The notes: a model not told the origin generated them from the sequence alone. A stretch of 26,122 nt of DNA from Deltaproteobacteria bacterium (GCA_037446735.1 JBBIHZ010000001.1:1-26122); one strand, 5' to 3'; numbered from the stretch's first letter, positions 17,984 to 26,122 are shown. A program made the numbers and translations.

Positions 17984-17996
17984 AATGAACTCCCTG

Positions 17997-18593
17997 TTAA
18001 TCTCCGTTTCTTTTGATGACAAAAAGCGCGTTAAGCGCGAATAAGCTGGGAAATACATGAATAAGCTTCGCTTTGCCTAAAAAATATTTTTGTTCGATAA
18101 AGATGTTGTTTTTTACGCAGTAATCAATAAAATCCCTGATCGTCAAAAAACGAATGTTCGGCGTTTCATACCAGTAATAAGGCAGCGCCTCATTGATGGG
18201 AGTCTTTCCCCTGAACATGAGCGTTAGGCGGGCCTTGATATGCGCGAAATTGGGAAAGCCTATAATAACGCGCCTGCCTACTCTGAGCGCCTCGTGGATA
18301 ACAAAATCAGCTTTCTTGATTTCCTGCATTATTTGGTTAAGAATAACATAATCAAAGGATTTGTCGGGGTAATCGATAAGGCCGCTTTCTATGTCTCCCT
18401 GTAAAACGGTAAGGCCTTTTTCCACGCACCTGTGCATTTCTTCATCGTTAAGCTCAATTCCCTGCACAAAAGCCTGCTTTTCGCTGATAAGCAAAGTCAG
18501 CAGTTCGCCGCTGCCGCAACCCAAATCCAAAATATGGGCTTCCCTGTCGATAATATCGGCGATAATTCGGTAATCTAAATTTGTCGTTTTCAT
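17997..18593 (-). CDS. metW: Methionine biosynthesis protein MetW (SAM-methyltransferase fold)
   Basis: LDLGCGSG, QGIE, GL.V.QGDI, FDYVIL, FPNFAH, LPYYWYETPNIR; immediately downstream of metX. Confidence 0.92.
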   Translation of the reverse strand: MKTTNLDYRIIADIIDREAHILDLGCGSGELLTLLISEKQAFVQGIELNDEEMHRCVEKGLTVLQGDIESGLIDYPDKSFDYVILNQIMQEIKKADFVIHEALRVGRRVIIGFPNFAHIKARLTLMFRGKTPINEALPYYWYETPNIRFLTIRDFIDYCVKNNIFIEQKYFLGKAKLIHVFPSLFALNALFVIKRNGD

Positions 18594-18597
18594 AACA

Positions 18598-19719
18598 TTA
18601 ATTAACCTTGATATTGGCTAAAAAATTTCTGATCAGCCGGGTTTCATCGGCGATTTCGACTAAAAACGCGTCATGGCCGTAGGTGGAGGTCAGATCAAAA
18701 TACGTCGCGGAAGCATGCTTTTTTTTCAAAACCCGCACAATGTCTTGTGATTGGTACGAAGGATAAAGCCAGTCGGATTTAAATGATATGACAAGAAATT
18801 TAACAGAAGTTTTTTTCACGCCCGGCATGAATTTATCTCCCGAAAGGTCAAAATAGTCCATTGCCTTGGTTATATACAGATAGGAATTAGCGTCAAAACG
18901 TTTTACGAAACTATTGCCGCGGTAGCGCAAATAACCTTCCACTTCAAAGTCGTCCGTAAATTGAAAACTTAGTTTTTCGTTTTTGAGCTTGCGGGAAAAT
19001 TTCTCCTCCATCGACTGGTCACTCATGAATGTGATATGTCCGATCATACGGGCTACGGCCAGTCCTCTTTCCGGCTGTCCATGTTCATAGTAGTAGCCGT
19101 CGCGCCAGGCGGGATCAGCCATAATTGATTGGCGGATTACTTCGTCAAAGGCTATTTGCTGCGGTGAATGCTTCAGCGCTGTCGCGATGGGAATCGCGGC
19201 GCGGACTTTTTCCGGATAGGCAGACGCCCATTGCAGGGCCTGCATTCCGCCCATTGAGCCACCGATGACGCAAAGCAGTGTTTCAATGCCGAACGAATCA
19301 ATTAAATGACGCTGCGCAGCCACCATATCGGCAACAGTAATTATCGGAAAATCAAGAGCGTAGGGCTTTCCGGTCTGGGGATCATTAGAGGATGGACCGG
19401 TTGTGCCGCGGCAGCCACCGAGCACATTGGAGCAAATGACGAAATATTTATCCGTATCAAGGGCTTTTCCCGGGCCGATCAGTCCATCCCACCAGCCGGG
19501 AGAATTATCTTCCGTGTTGATTCCCGCGGCATGCGCGTCTCCGGATAGGGCGTGACATACTAAAATGGCGTTGGATTTATGCTCATTCAATGTGCCGTAA
19601 GTTTCATAGGCAATTGTCACGGGGCTGATGCTGCGGCCCGATTCAAGCTTCAAAACATCGGGCGGCCGGGCAAAAACAAAATATTGCGTGCTGACAGTTC
19701 CTAAAGAGTCTGATTTCAT
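18598..19719 (-). CDS. metX: Homoserine O-acyl(acetyl)transferase MetX
   Basis: AYETYG.LN, CHALSGDAH, GWWD.LIGPG, GGSMGGMQ (nucleophile Ser), RFDANSY and GHDAFL. Acetyl versus succinyl specificity cannot be determined here. Confidence 0.95.
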   Translation of the reverse strand: MKSDSLGTVSTQYFVFARPPDVLKLESGRSISPVTIAYETYGTLNEHKSNAILVCHALSGDAHAAGINTEDNSPGWWDGLIGPGKALDTDKYFVICSNVLGGCRGTTGPSSNDPQTGKPYALDFPIITVADMVAAQRHLIDSFGIETLLCVIGGSMGGMQALQWASAYPEKVRAAIPIATALKHSPQQIAFDEVIRQSIMADPAWRDGYYYEHGQPERGLAVARMIGHITFMSDQSMEEKFSRKLKNEKLSFQFTDDFEVEGYLRYRGNSFVKRFDANSYLYITKAMDYFDLSGDKFMPGVKKTSVKFLVISFKSDWLYPSYQSQDIVRVLKKKHASATYFDLTSTYGHDAFLVEIADETRLIRNFLANIKVN

Positions 19720-19752
19720 ATAAGTTAAGAAGTAAAATAATTTTCCGGTCTA

Positions 19753-20658
19753 TCAGGTTATTTGCAGCATCCGGTCAATAGACAGACGGGCCTTTTTCAT
19801 AATATCGGCGTCAACTTCTATTTGGTAATTAAGATCTTCCAGCGACCATAAAATCTTTTCCAGATTGATACGTTTCATGTTCGGACAAACAACAGTTTCG
19901 GAAACTGGATAAAAACTTTTTGACGGATTCTCTTTTTTTATCCGGTGAATAATCCCCAACTCAGTAGCAATGATAAATTCCGTGGCGTCGGTGTTTTTTA
20001 CGTACCGGCACATTTTTTCCGTGGAGAGAACAGCGTCGGCAAGAGCTGTGACTTCCGGGCGGCATTCCGGGTGCGCTAATATTTTTGCTTCAGGATGAAG
20101 CTTCTTGGCCTTGGCAATGTCGTCGGGCATGATACGCGCGTGTGTCGGGCAGAAACCATTCCAAACGATGAACTTATGGTTAAGCTGATCGGAAACATAT
20201 CGTGCCAGATATTTGTCCGGCACAAAGATGATTTCTTTATTTGTTTTAAGAATGTATTGAGCCATTTTCAGGGCGTTGGAAGAAGTGCAGCAGTAATCGC
20301 ATTCGGCTTTTACGGCGGCGGAAGTGTTCACATAGCACATGGTTACGGCGGCAGGATGCTGCTTCTTCAGAGCTTTGAATCCTTCCGGATCGATCATGTC
20401 CGCCATGGGGCAGCCGGCGTTTTTATCAGGAAGAAGAACCATTTTTTCCGGCGATAAAATCTTGGCCGTCTCCGCCATAAAATGCACGCCGCAAAAAACA
20501 ATAATCCGCGCGTCAGTACGCGCGGCTTCCATGCTGAGACCCAGGGAATCGCCTATAAAATCAGCTATGTCATGAACCTCAGGGAGTTGATAATTGTGAA
20601 CAAGAATAACAGCTTTCTTTTCTTTTTTCAGTTTTTTGATTTTTTCCACGATGTTCAT
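19753..20658 (-). CDS. nadA: Quinolinate synthase NadA ([4Fe-4S])
   Basis: HNYQ, GDSL, CGVHFMAETA, GCPMA, YVN, CPTH, HPEC, TE.G and CPNMK; three cluster cysteines. Confidence 0.96.
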   Translation of the reverse strand: MNIVEKIKKLKKEKKAVILVHNYQLPEVHDIADFIGDSLGLSMEAARTDARIIVFCGVHFMAETAKILSPEKMVLLPDKNAGCPMADMIDPEGFKALKKQHPAAVTMCYVNTSAAVKAECDYCCTSSNALKMAQYILKTNKEIIFVPDKYLARYVSDQLNHKFIVWNGFCPTHARIMPDDIAKAKKLHPEAKILAHPECRPEVTALADAVLSTEKMCRYVKNTDATEFIIATELGIIHRIKKENPSKSFYPVSETVVCPNMKRINLEKILWSLEDLNYQIEVDADIMKKARLSIDRMLQIT

Positions 20659-20662
20659 AAGA

Positions 20663-21079
20663 TCATCCCATATTTTGTTTTTTCTGCGCCAGTTCGGCCA
20701 GCGTTATACCGTTCAATGTATCGCTGATTTTTTCACCTAAAGCGCTCCAGACATCACGCGCTGCGCACGTAGCGGTACGCGAACAGGAAGACGGTTTTTT
20801 CACGCAATCCACTAATATTATTTTTCCTTCCAGTGCCTCCACGATACTTAATAGTGTTATCTCTTGGGGCGCTTTGGTTAGATTATAACCCCCACGCGCG
20901 CCACGCCGTGACTTTATCAATCCCGCGGCGCGCAGCGGGATGACAATCAGGCTTAAATATTTTTCGGAAATTTCTTCTCCCGCGGCAATTTCCTTCAGAA
21001 AAACAGGTTTTTCGGAATGAGCGCGCGCCAATGCCGTCATTAGCCTCACGCCATATCTTGCTCTCGTAGATAGTTTCAT
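20663..21079 (-). CDS. Rrf2-family transcriptional regulator with three cysteines
   Basis: STRARYGVR, wHTH, RGARGGY and C-x6-C-x5-C (CVKKPSSCSRTATC). Confidence 0.92.
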   Translation of the reverse strand: MKLSTRARYGVRLMTALARAHSEKPVFLKEIAAGEEISEKYLSLIVIPLRAAGLIKSRRGARGGYNLTKAPQEITLLSIVEALEGKIILVDCVKKPSSCSRTATCAARDVWSALGEKISDTLNGITLAELAQKKQNMG

Positions 21080-21130
21080 GTGAATAAACCTTCAAAGCAC
21101 ATTAATTACATCGTAAAATCAATGTATTAC

Positions 21131-21157
21131 TAATTACTATTTACCGGCTAGTAATTA
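21131..21157. promoter_or_regulatory. Candidate Rrf2 operator, perfect 9-9-9 inverted repeat
   Basis: TAATTACTA-tttaccggc-TAGTAATTA, 51 nt upstream of the rrf2 start. Confidence 0.65.
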
Positions 21158-21180
21158 AATTACAAATGATATTTTGTCAA
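21152..21180 (-). promoter_or_regulatory. Candidate sigma70 promoter of the rrf2 operon
   Basis: Minus strand TTGACA (21180-21175), 17 nt, TAATTA (21157-21152, imperfect -10 inside an operator arm). Confidence 0.5.
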
Positions 21181-21241
21181 GGAATATCTGGGTCTTATTA
21201 TGACGTTTTTTAAAGGGAAAACTCGGATAGCCGGGATAATT

Positions 21242-21802
21242 TCAATTGCCTGACACGGAATTGATGATATATTCCGAGATCATTTTGCCGAATTCCGCGG
21301 GCATTGTTCGCTCGGTCAGAGCCGCATCTGTGGGACCTGGACTAAGGTCGGCTGACGATAAAATATTTTTTCTGATGATTTTTCTTGCCTGGGCATCGAT
21401 AATTCTGACTTCCGCGGTCATTTCCGATTTGCCTGTAAATTCACCGCTGATGCCGCGTGGCGAGGCGCTGGCCATTTTCAGTGTAATAATGCGGGTTTTA
21501 ATGATCAGGGCTGCCGGATCTTTTGAGGTGCTCAAGCGGGCTTTTTCAATAATCGGCGCGGCGTTTCTCTTTAAAAGCTCGCTCATTGTCGTGCTTTCAC
21601 AGGTAACAATCGCTTCAGGGAACTCTTTTTCGAGATCCTGATCAATCTCAAATTTCTGCAAAATAATTTTTTTATATGTTTTTCCGAGCAGTGGGTATTG
21701 CTCTTCAGGAGGTTTTACCGTGGGTATTATGCCGCAGGAAATCAAAAATGACAAAATCATTACCACGATAAAAGGAATTACCGAATTAAATATTTTCCTC
21801 AT
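21242..21802 (-). CDS. Lipoprotein, possibly DUF4410-like
   Basis: Signal peptide with lipobox LISC. The pattern Y..I....F / LIIK.RI / R..SG...G.S.M...V...D resembles DUF4410 (recognition from memory only). Confidence 0.6.
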   Translation of the reverse strand: MRKIFNSVIPFIVVMILSFLISCGIIPTVKPPEEQYPLLGKTYKKIILQKFEIDQDLEKEFPEAIVTCESTTMSELLKRNAAPIIEKARLSTSKDPAALIIKTRIITLKMASASPRGISGEFTGKSEMTAEVRIIDAQARKIIRKNILSSADLSPGPTDAALTERTMPAEFGKMISEYIINSVSGN

Positions 21803-22014
21803 GATTCACCCTTATTTTTTCGTTATGCTTTTTCTATAATAAAAATTATTTAAAAACAACAAAAAGTATCTAAAGCCGTATTGAATTCATAATAAATAAA
21901 ATAAAACGAAAAACGCCCGCAAAATTTATAACATAAAAGGAACAGAGGCCGTGTGTTTGCGTTTGATTTTATAATGGTAAATTGCTACAATTCGACCATA
22001 ATAAGATCAGGAAT

Positions 22015-22866
22015 ATGGCTGTTTTGAAAAAAATATCGGCTGCACTGCTTTTGCTGGCTTTCTTTCCCCAGGTGGCTGTTTGCGCGGAAAAAGTCATTGA
22101 TCGCGCCAATATTAAGGCCGCTTTACTGGTGGAGCTGGACAGCGGAAAAGTCCTTTATAGTTACAACGCTGGAAAAGTCATACAGCCCGCGTCGCTTACA
22201 AAAATACTTACGCTTTATCTGGTTAATGAAGAAATTCGCGCGGGAAACATTAAGGATACGGACAAAGTAAGAATAAGCGCCAGGGCCGCGCAGACTAACG
22301 GCTCGAAAATATTTTATGACGAGGGTGATTGGGCGGTTTTTGGAGATCTCGTCAAATTTATGGCCATTTTTTCCGCCAATGACGCCTCAATCGCCGTTGC
22401 GGAACATCTGGCGGGAACAGTGGAAGATTTTGTGGCCAAGATGAACAATAAGGCAAAAGAGCTGGGTATGAAAAGCAGTAATTTTGTCAATCCGCACGGC
22501 CTGCCTGATCCGCGGCAAAAAATAACCGCCAATGATATTTATCTTCTTTCCCGAAGTTATCTAGAAAGATTTCCCGACGCTTTAAAAATACATTCTCTGC
22601 CGTCTTTTCAGTATAATTACGTTGAATATCCCAATCGCAACACACTACTGCAGGAAAATAGTGATGTGGATGGCCTCAAAACGGGATACGTCCGCGCCGC
22701 TGGTTATCATCTGGTGGCGACAGCCAAAAGAGGAGAGAAGCGCCTGTTGGCGATCGTGCTGGGAGCGAAAAATCCGCAAATAAGAGACGAACAGACCAAG
22801 GCATTGCTGGAATATGGTTACAAAAATGAGGAGACGCGTAATCCCGATCCGATGGTGGGCGCTTAG
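22015..22866 (+). CDS. D-alanyl-D-alanine carboxypeptidase (peptidase S11)
   Basis: SxxK (PASLTK), SxN (SAN), F.NPHGL and KTG (GLKTG); signal peptide. ATG 22015 preferred (AGGA upstream) over track start TTG 21982. Confidence 0.92.
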   Translation: MAVLKKISAALLLLAFFPQVAVCAEKVIDRANIKAALLVELDSGKVLYSYNAGKVIQPASLTKILTLYLVNEEIRAGNIKDTDKVRISARAAQTNGSKIFYDEGDWAVFGDLVKFMAIFSANDASIAVAEHLAGTVEDFVAKMNNKAKELGMKSSNFVNPHGLPDPRQKITANDIYLLSRSYLERFPDALKIHSLPSFQYNYVEYPNRNTLLQENSDVDGLKTGYVRAAGYHLVATAKRGEKRLLAIVLGAKNPQIRDEQTKALLEYGYKNEETRNPDPMVGA

Positions 22867-22903
22867 GCGCAGATCCGTTTAGAACGATGTGACTTATCTA
22901 TAA

Positions 22904-24073
22904 TTACCGGTCTTTAGCAGCGCCGGGAACATTAATCGTGGCGTTGTTATTTCCCGGGAAAACAATAATTTTTTGTCCCGCAGTTAATCTGCTGCTGGAC
23001 GTAAAACCGTTCCAGATCATCAGCGCTTTAACGGAAACATTGAAGCGCTCGGCGATCGAGGATAAACTGTCACCACTTTGCACGGTATATATCCGCTCGC
23101 TTTTTTCGTTGATCCATTTAGACAAAAGACTCTCCAGACGCTGATTGAACTCAATAGCGGTGCCTTTAGGTATGAAGAGAGTGAAACTTCCCGGCGGCAG
23201 ATAATAGTTGCGCAACTGGGGATTGAAATCTTTAATTGTCTTGAAATAGGTATTGGCCGCTTCGGCAATGACTGTTATTGGTATTGTCTGCTCAGCGGTG
23301 ATTTTTACCGTGTCAAATTCCGCCGGCTGATAAAAATCATCTCTCGTCAATTTATAACCGTATCTTTCCGGATTGGAAATAATCATTTTAATCGCCTGTA
23401 TGCGAAAAATATACCTTTGTGTTTCCTGATAAAGAAAAAGCCGGTAATAGTCGTTGACTTTCTGAACACTAATTTCCGCTTTCAATCCGTCTTCTCCCAT
23501 ATTGTATGCCGCCGCTGCCAGCGTCCAGGAGCCGAAAAGCGCGTAAAGATCTTTTAAATAATTAAGCGCCGCCGGCGTGGAAAGAAAAAAATTCCGTCGT
23601 TCATCAATGTCATTATTCACGATCAGCCCGTATTTTATTGCCGTGCTTTCGATAAACTGCCAGTAACCCATCGCGCCTTTGGGGGATCCCGCGTAGGTTC
23701 TAAGAGAGCTTTCCGCGACGGCAATGTATTTCAGATCATCAGGCATGTTATTTTTTTTAAGCAATTCTTCAATATAGGGAAAATAGCGCTTGGAACGCTT
23801 GAGCCATAATAAAATATCATCACTGTTATCCAGGCAAATGATCAGCTCTCTTTCCAGCCGTTCCCTGACAGTTTCACCTTGCAGCGGTACCGGTTCGCCG
23901 CAAAAATTAAGTTCATCGCTAATTCTTGTTGCTTCAATCAGTGACGAACTGGGCAGGGAAGACGATACGGGAGCGCAGCTGATGATGAGCGTGGAAAGAA
24001 CGCTTATCAGCAGGGAAAAATAAAAATGTTTACGCATCAAGATATGCTTGAGCTTCATTGTTGGCAACCCCAT
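22904..24073 (-). CDS. MltD-like lytic transglycosylase lipoprotein with C-terminal LysM
   Basis: Lipobox IISC; SLT motifs AESS, G.WQF, AAYNMG and ETQRY; LysM YTVQSGDSLSSIAERFNV. True start may be 24058 or 24037. Confidence 0.9.
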   Translation of the reverse strand: MGLPTMKLKHILMRKHFYFSLLISVLSTLIISCAPVSSSLPSSSLIEATRISDELNFCGEPVPLQGETVRERLERELIICLDNSDDILLWLKRSKRYFPYIEELLKKNNMPDDLKYIAVAESSLRTYAGSPKGAMGYWQFIESTAIKYGLIVNNDIDERRNFFLSTPAALNYLKDLYALFGSWTLAAAAYNMGEDGLKAEISVQKVNDYYRLFLYQETQRYIFRIQAIKMIISNPERYGYKLTRDDFYQPAEFDTVKITAEQTIPITVIAEAANTYFKTIKDFNPQLRNYYLPPGSFTLFIPKGTAIEFNQRLESLLSKWINEKSERIYTVQSGDSLSSIAERFNVSVKALMIWNGFTSSSRLTAGQKIIVFPGNNNATINVPGAAKDR

Positions 24074-24095
24074 ATCGCCGATTTTACTTCATAAT

Positions 24096-24428
24096 TTATT
24101 TGACAGCTTTTTTTAATTCTTCGTGAACATCCTTGAGTTCCTGTTTGACGCCGTCTTTAACCTCTTTGGTTGTATCGGCGACATCGTTCTTTAATTTCTT
24201 GAAATCTTTCGGTACCTGTTCCTTGATGTCTTTGATGTCACGGGCCATATCTTTCTTGGATTTCTGGATGTTTCTTTTGACATCTGATTTTATAGTTTTC
24301 GTTTCGTCAGTAATCGTGGAAACGACGCCTTTCTCAGATGATTTAGCGGCATCCGTGTCGCTGTAAGCGAAATTGGTGAAACAGAAGGTCATGAACATCA
24401 GAAAAAAAATAATGATATATTTTTTCAT
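24096..24428 (-). CDS. Secreted small protein with 11-residue amphipathic repeats
   Basis: Signal peptide MKKYIIIFFL...AYS, GGAG RBS and a K/D/E-rich helix with hendecad periodicity. Confidence 0.75.
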   Translation of the reverse strand: MKKYIIIFFLMFMTFCFTNFAYSDTDAAKSSEKGVVSTITDETKTIKSDVKRNIQKSKKDMARDIKDIKEQVPKDFKKLKNDVADTTKEVKDGVKQELKDVHEELKKAVK

Positions 24429-24460
24429 CTGAATTTCTCCCTTGCGTTATCTGCAGCATG

Positions 24461-24489
24461 AAATTATGACAAAAAAGACCTGATTGCAA
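24461..24489 (-). promoter_or_regulatory. Candidate sigma70 promoter for the 110-aa gene/slt
   Basis: Minus strand TTGCAA (24489-24484), 17 nt, TAATTT (24466-24461). Confidence 0.5.
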
Positions 24490-24545
24490 GGAAGATTTTC
24501 GAGTCGGCGACGATTAAAAAAATGACCGGGCGTGGGGATTGCCTC

Positions 24546-24574
24546 TTGCGAATAAATACGCATGATGTTAATGA
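24546..24574 (+). promoter_or_regulatory. Candidate promoter for DUF4301 gene
   Basis: TTGCGA (24546-24551), 17 nt, TAATGA with an extended TG at 24566-24567. Confidence 0.35.
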
Positions 24575-24589
24575 GATAAAAAAATATTT

Positions 24590-26122
24590 ATGAAAAAAAG
24601 ACCTCTCTTCGACCGCAATGATTTTAAGCAAATAAAGTCCTTGGGTTTAAAAATAAACAGCATCCAAAGGCAATTAGCCTATTTCAAGAAGAAGCCATAT
24701 TATTTGTCTTTGGCCGCGCCTTGTACGGTAAATAACGGTATCCGAAAGATATCGCAGCGGCAAAGAAAAGATTTTATCGAATATTACGAGAAGGAATCAG
24801 GGAAATATCGGGTAATAAAATTTGTGCCGTCTTCCGGGGCGGCCAGCCGTATGTTCGCTGCATGGTTTTTTGCGGCCCAAGCAGGAGGATTTGGCAGCGA
24901 TTACGCCAATAAGCAATTTTTCAAAAGTTTGAAAAAAATGCCATTTTTCCCTCTGCTGAAGAATAATCAAACTTTCCAAAAATATTTAAATGAAAAAAAC
25001 GTCAGTTCAATCTTGCGCAGCATCCTGCATTCTGAGGGCGCGAATCTGGGAGAATTGCCTAAAGCGCTTATCCCTTTTCATATATACGCGAATAAAGAGA
25101 TGCGCACAGCTTTAGAAGAACATATTTATGAGGCGGCGGGATATGTCGCTAACGCGAAAAATATCTGTCGGCTGCATATTACTGTTTCTCCCGAGCATCG
25201 TCTCGCTGTGGCGCGAAAACTGCGTCAGGTTAAAAGAAAGTACGAAAAAAAATGCGAAGTAGAATATAAATATAAATTGTCTGTTCAGTCTCCATCGACG
25301 AGTATGATTGCCGTGGATGAGAAAGATAATCCCTTGAGAGACAACCGGGGCAGACTTGTCTTCCGCCCGGGCGGACACGGTGCTTTATTGGAAAACCTCA
25401 ATGTTTTAGACGCGGATTTGATCTTTGTAAAAAATATCGATAACATTGCTCCAAGCAATATAACAAAAAACATCATTCCTTACAGAAAAATGTTGGGCGG
25501 AGTCGCCATCGACCTGATGAGGAAAATACACAAAACATTAGACGAGCTGAGCGCGCGGGACATTGATGCCGAAAAATTAAAGCTGATGGCAGATTTTTGT
25601 CGGCAAGAAGTGAATGCCTGTTTGCCCAAGGGGTTTAAATCTTTAAAGCCGGCACAAAAAAAGAAAAGACTATTTAATGCGCTCAACCGGCCCTTGCGCG
25701 TTTGCGCCGTGGTAAAAAATACGGGTGAACCGGGCGGGGGGCCCTTCTGGATAAAAGAAAAGGACGGCACTAAATCGCCGCAGATTGTTGAATTGGCGCA
25801 CGTAAATAAAGGCAATAGCGCGCAGATGAAGATTTGGTCCCGCGCCACTCATTTCAATCCGGTAGATATGGTTTGCTGCATAAAAGATTATCGAGGACGA
25901 AAGTATGACCTCAAGGAGTATGTCGATCAGAACGCATATCTGGTGACAACAAAAATAGAAAAAGGACGAAAAATAAAGGCGCTGGAAATGCCGGGCCTGT
26001 GGAACGGCGGTATGGCCTGTTGGAATACAATATTTGTCGAAATTCCCCTGATGGCATTCAACCCGGTCAAGACGCTGGATGACCTTTTGCGGCCTCAGCA
26101 CATGGCCAGCAGAAAAATAAAT
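24590..26122 (+). CDS. DUF4301-family protein (3'-truncated; absent from ORF track)
   Basis: Hand translation from ATG 24590 is open for 511 codons to the window end: MKKRPLFDRNDFKQ..., FVPSSGAASRMF, LPKALIPFH, EEHIYE, FRPGGHGALLENLN, KNIDN, RPLRVCAVVKNTGEPGGGPFW, QIVE, THFNPVDMVC, ALEMPGLWNG, FNPVKTLDDLLRP. Confidence 0.9.
   Translation, partial: MKKRPLFDRNDFKQIKSLGLKINSIQRQLAYFKKKPYYLSLAAPCTVNNGIRKISQRQRKDFIEYYEKESGKYRVIKFVPSSGAASRMFAAWFFAAQAGGFGSDYANKQFFKSLKKMPFFPLLKNNQTFQKYLNEKNVSSILRSILHSEGANLGELPKALIPFHIYANKEMRTALEEHIYEAAGYVANAKNICRLHITVSPEHRLAVARKLRQVKRKYEKKCEVEYKYKLSVQSPSTSMIAVDEKDNPLRDNRGRLVFRPGGHGALLENLNVLDADLIFVKNIDNIAPSNITKNIIPYRKMLGGVAIDLMRKIHKTLDELSARDIDAEKLKLMADFCRQEVNACLPKGFKSLKPAQKKKRLFNALNRPLRVCAVVKNTGEPGGGPFWIKEKDGTKSPQIVELAHVNKGNSAQMKIWSRATHFNPVDMVCCIKDYRGRKYDLKEYVDQNAYLVTTKIEKGRKIKALEMPGLWNGGMACWNTIFVEIPLMAFNPVKTLDDLLRPQHMASRKIN

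Noticed and set aside
17984-18058. N-terminal extension of RidA given by the ORF track
   Set aside because: It overlaps the metW 3' end; a good RBS precedes ATG 17983, giving the typical 124-aa length.
18598-19752. SAM/S-box or T-box riboswitch upstream of metX
   Set aside because: Only 33 nt separate nadA and metX, leaving no room, and no motif was seen.
24797-26101. Several short minus-strand ORFs offered by the track at the right end
   Set aside because: They are all antisense to the DUF4301 frame, which is open for 511 codons and full of family motifs.

Overview
This 26-kb window is mostly housekeeping DNA from an anaerobic bacterium; gene content and tmRNA tag suggest Desulfobacterota, Syntrophus/Smithella-like (inference). 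I found no CRISPR array, transposase, integrase or prophage. Left arm (+): 3' part of a P1B-3 copper ATPase, a 4-TM hypothetical protein, a PaaI thioesterase, PTS IID-HPr-EI, a PlsB-like acyltransferase, a TtcA-family protein, smpB, tmRNA (ssrA, 9482-9833, tag ADNYDYALAA; not in the ORF track), then nifU-nifS-cysE. Converging from the - strand: a 7xPAS-GGDEF-EAL protein and a tightly packed six-gene run rrf2-nadA-metX-metW-ridA-MOSC, with a perfect 9-9-9 inverted repeat in its promoter region. Right end: envelope genes (lipoprotein, DD-carboxypeptidase, LysM lytic transglycosylase, a secreted 11-mer-repeat helical protein) and a >=511-codon DUF4301 gene that the ORF track missed because it runs off the window. 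The best leads are the Rrf2 operon with its candidate operator, the UDP-sugar-pyrophosphorylase-like motifs in DUF4301, the orphan PTS IID, and a long hairpin upstream of the thioesterase. These are hypotheses from motif reading; no searches were run.
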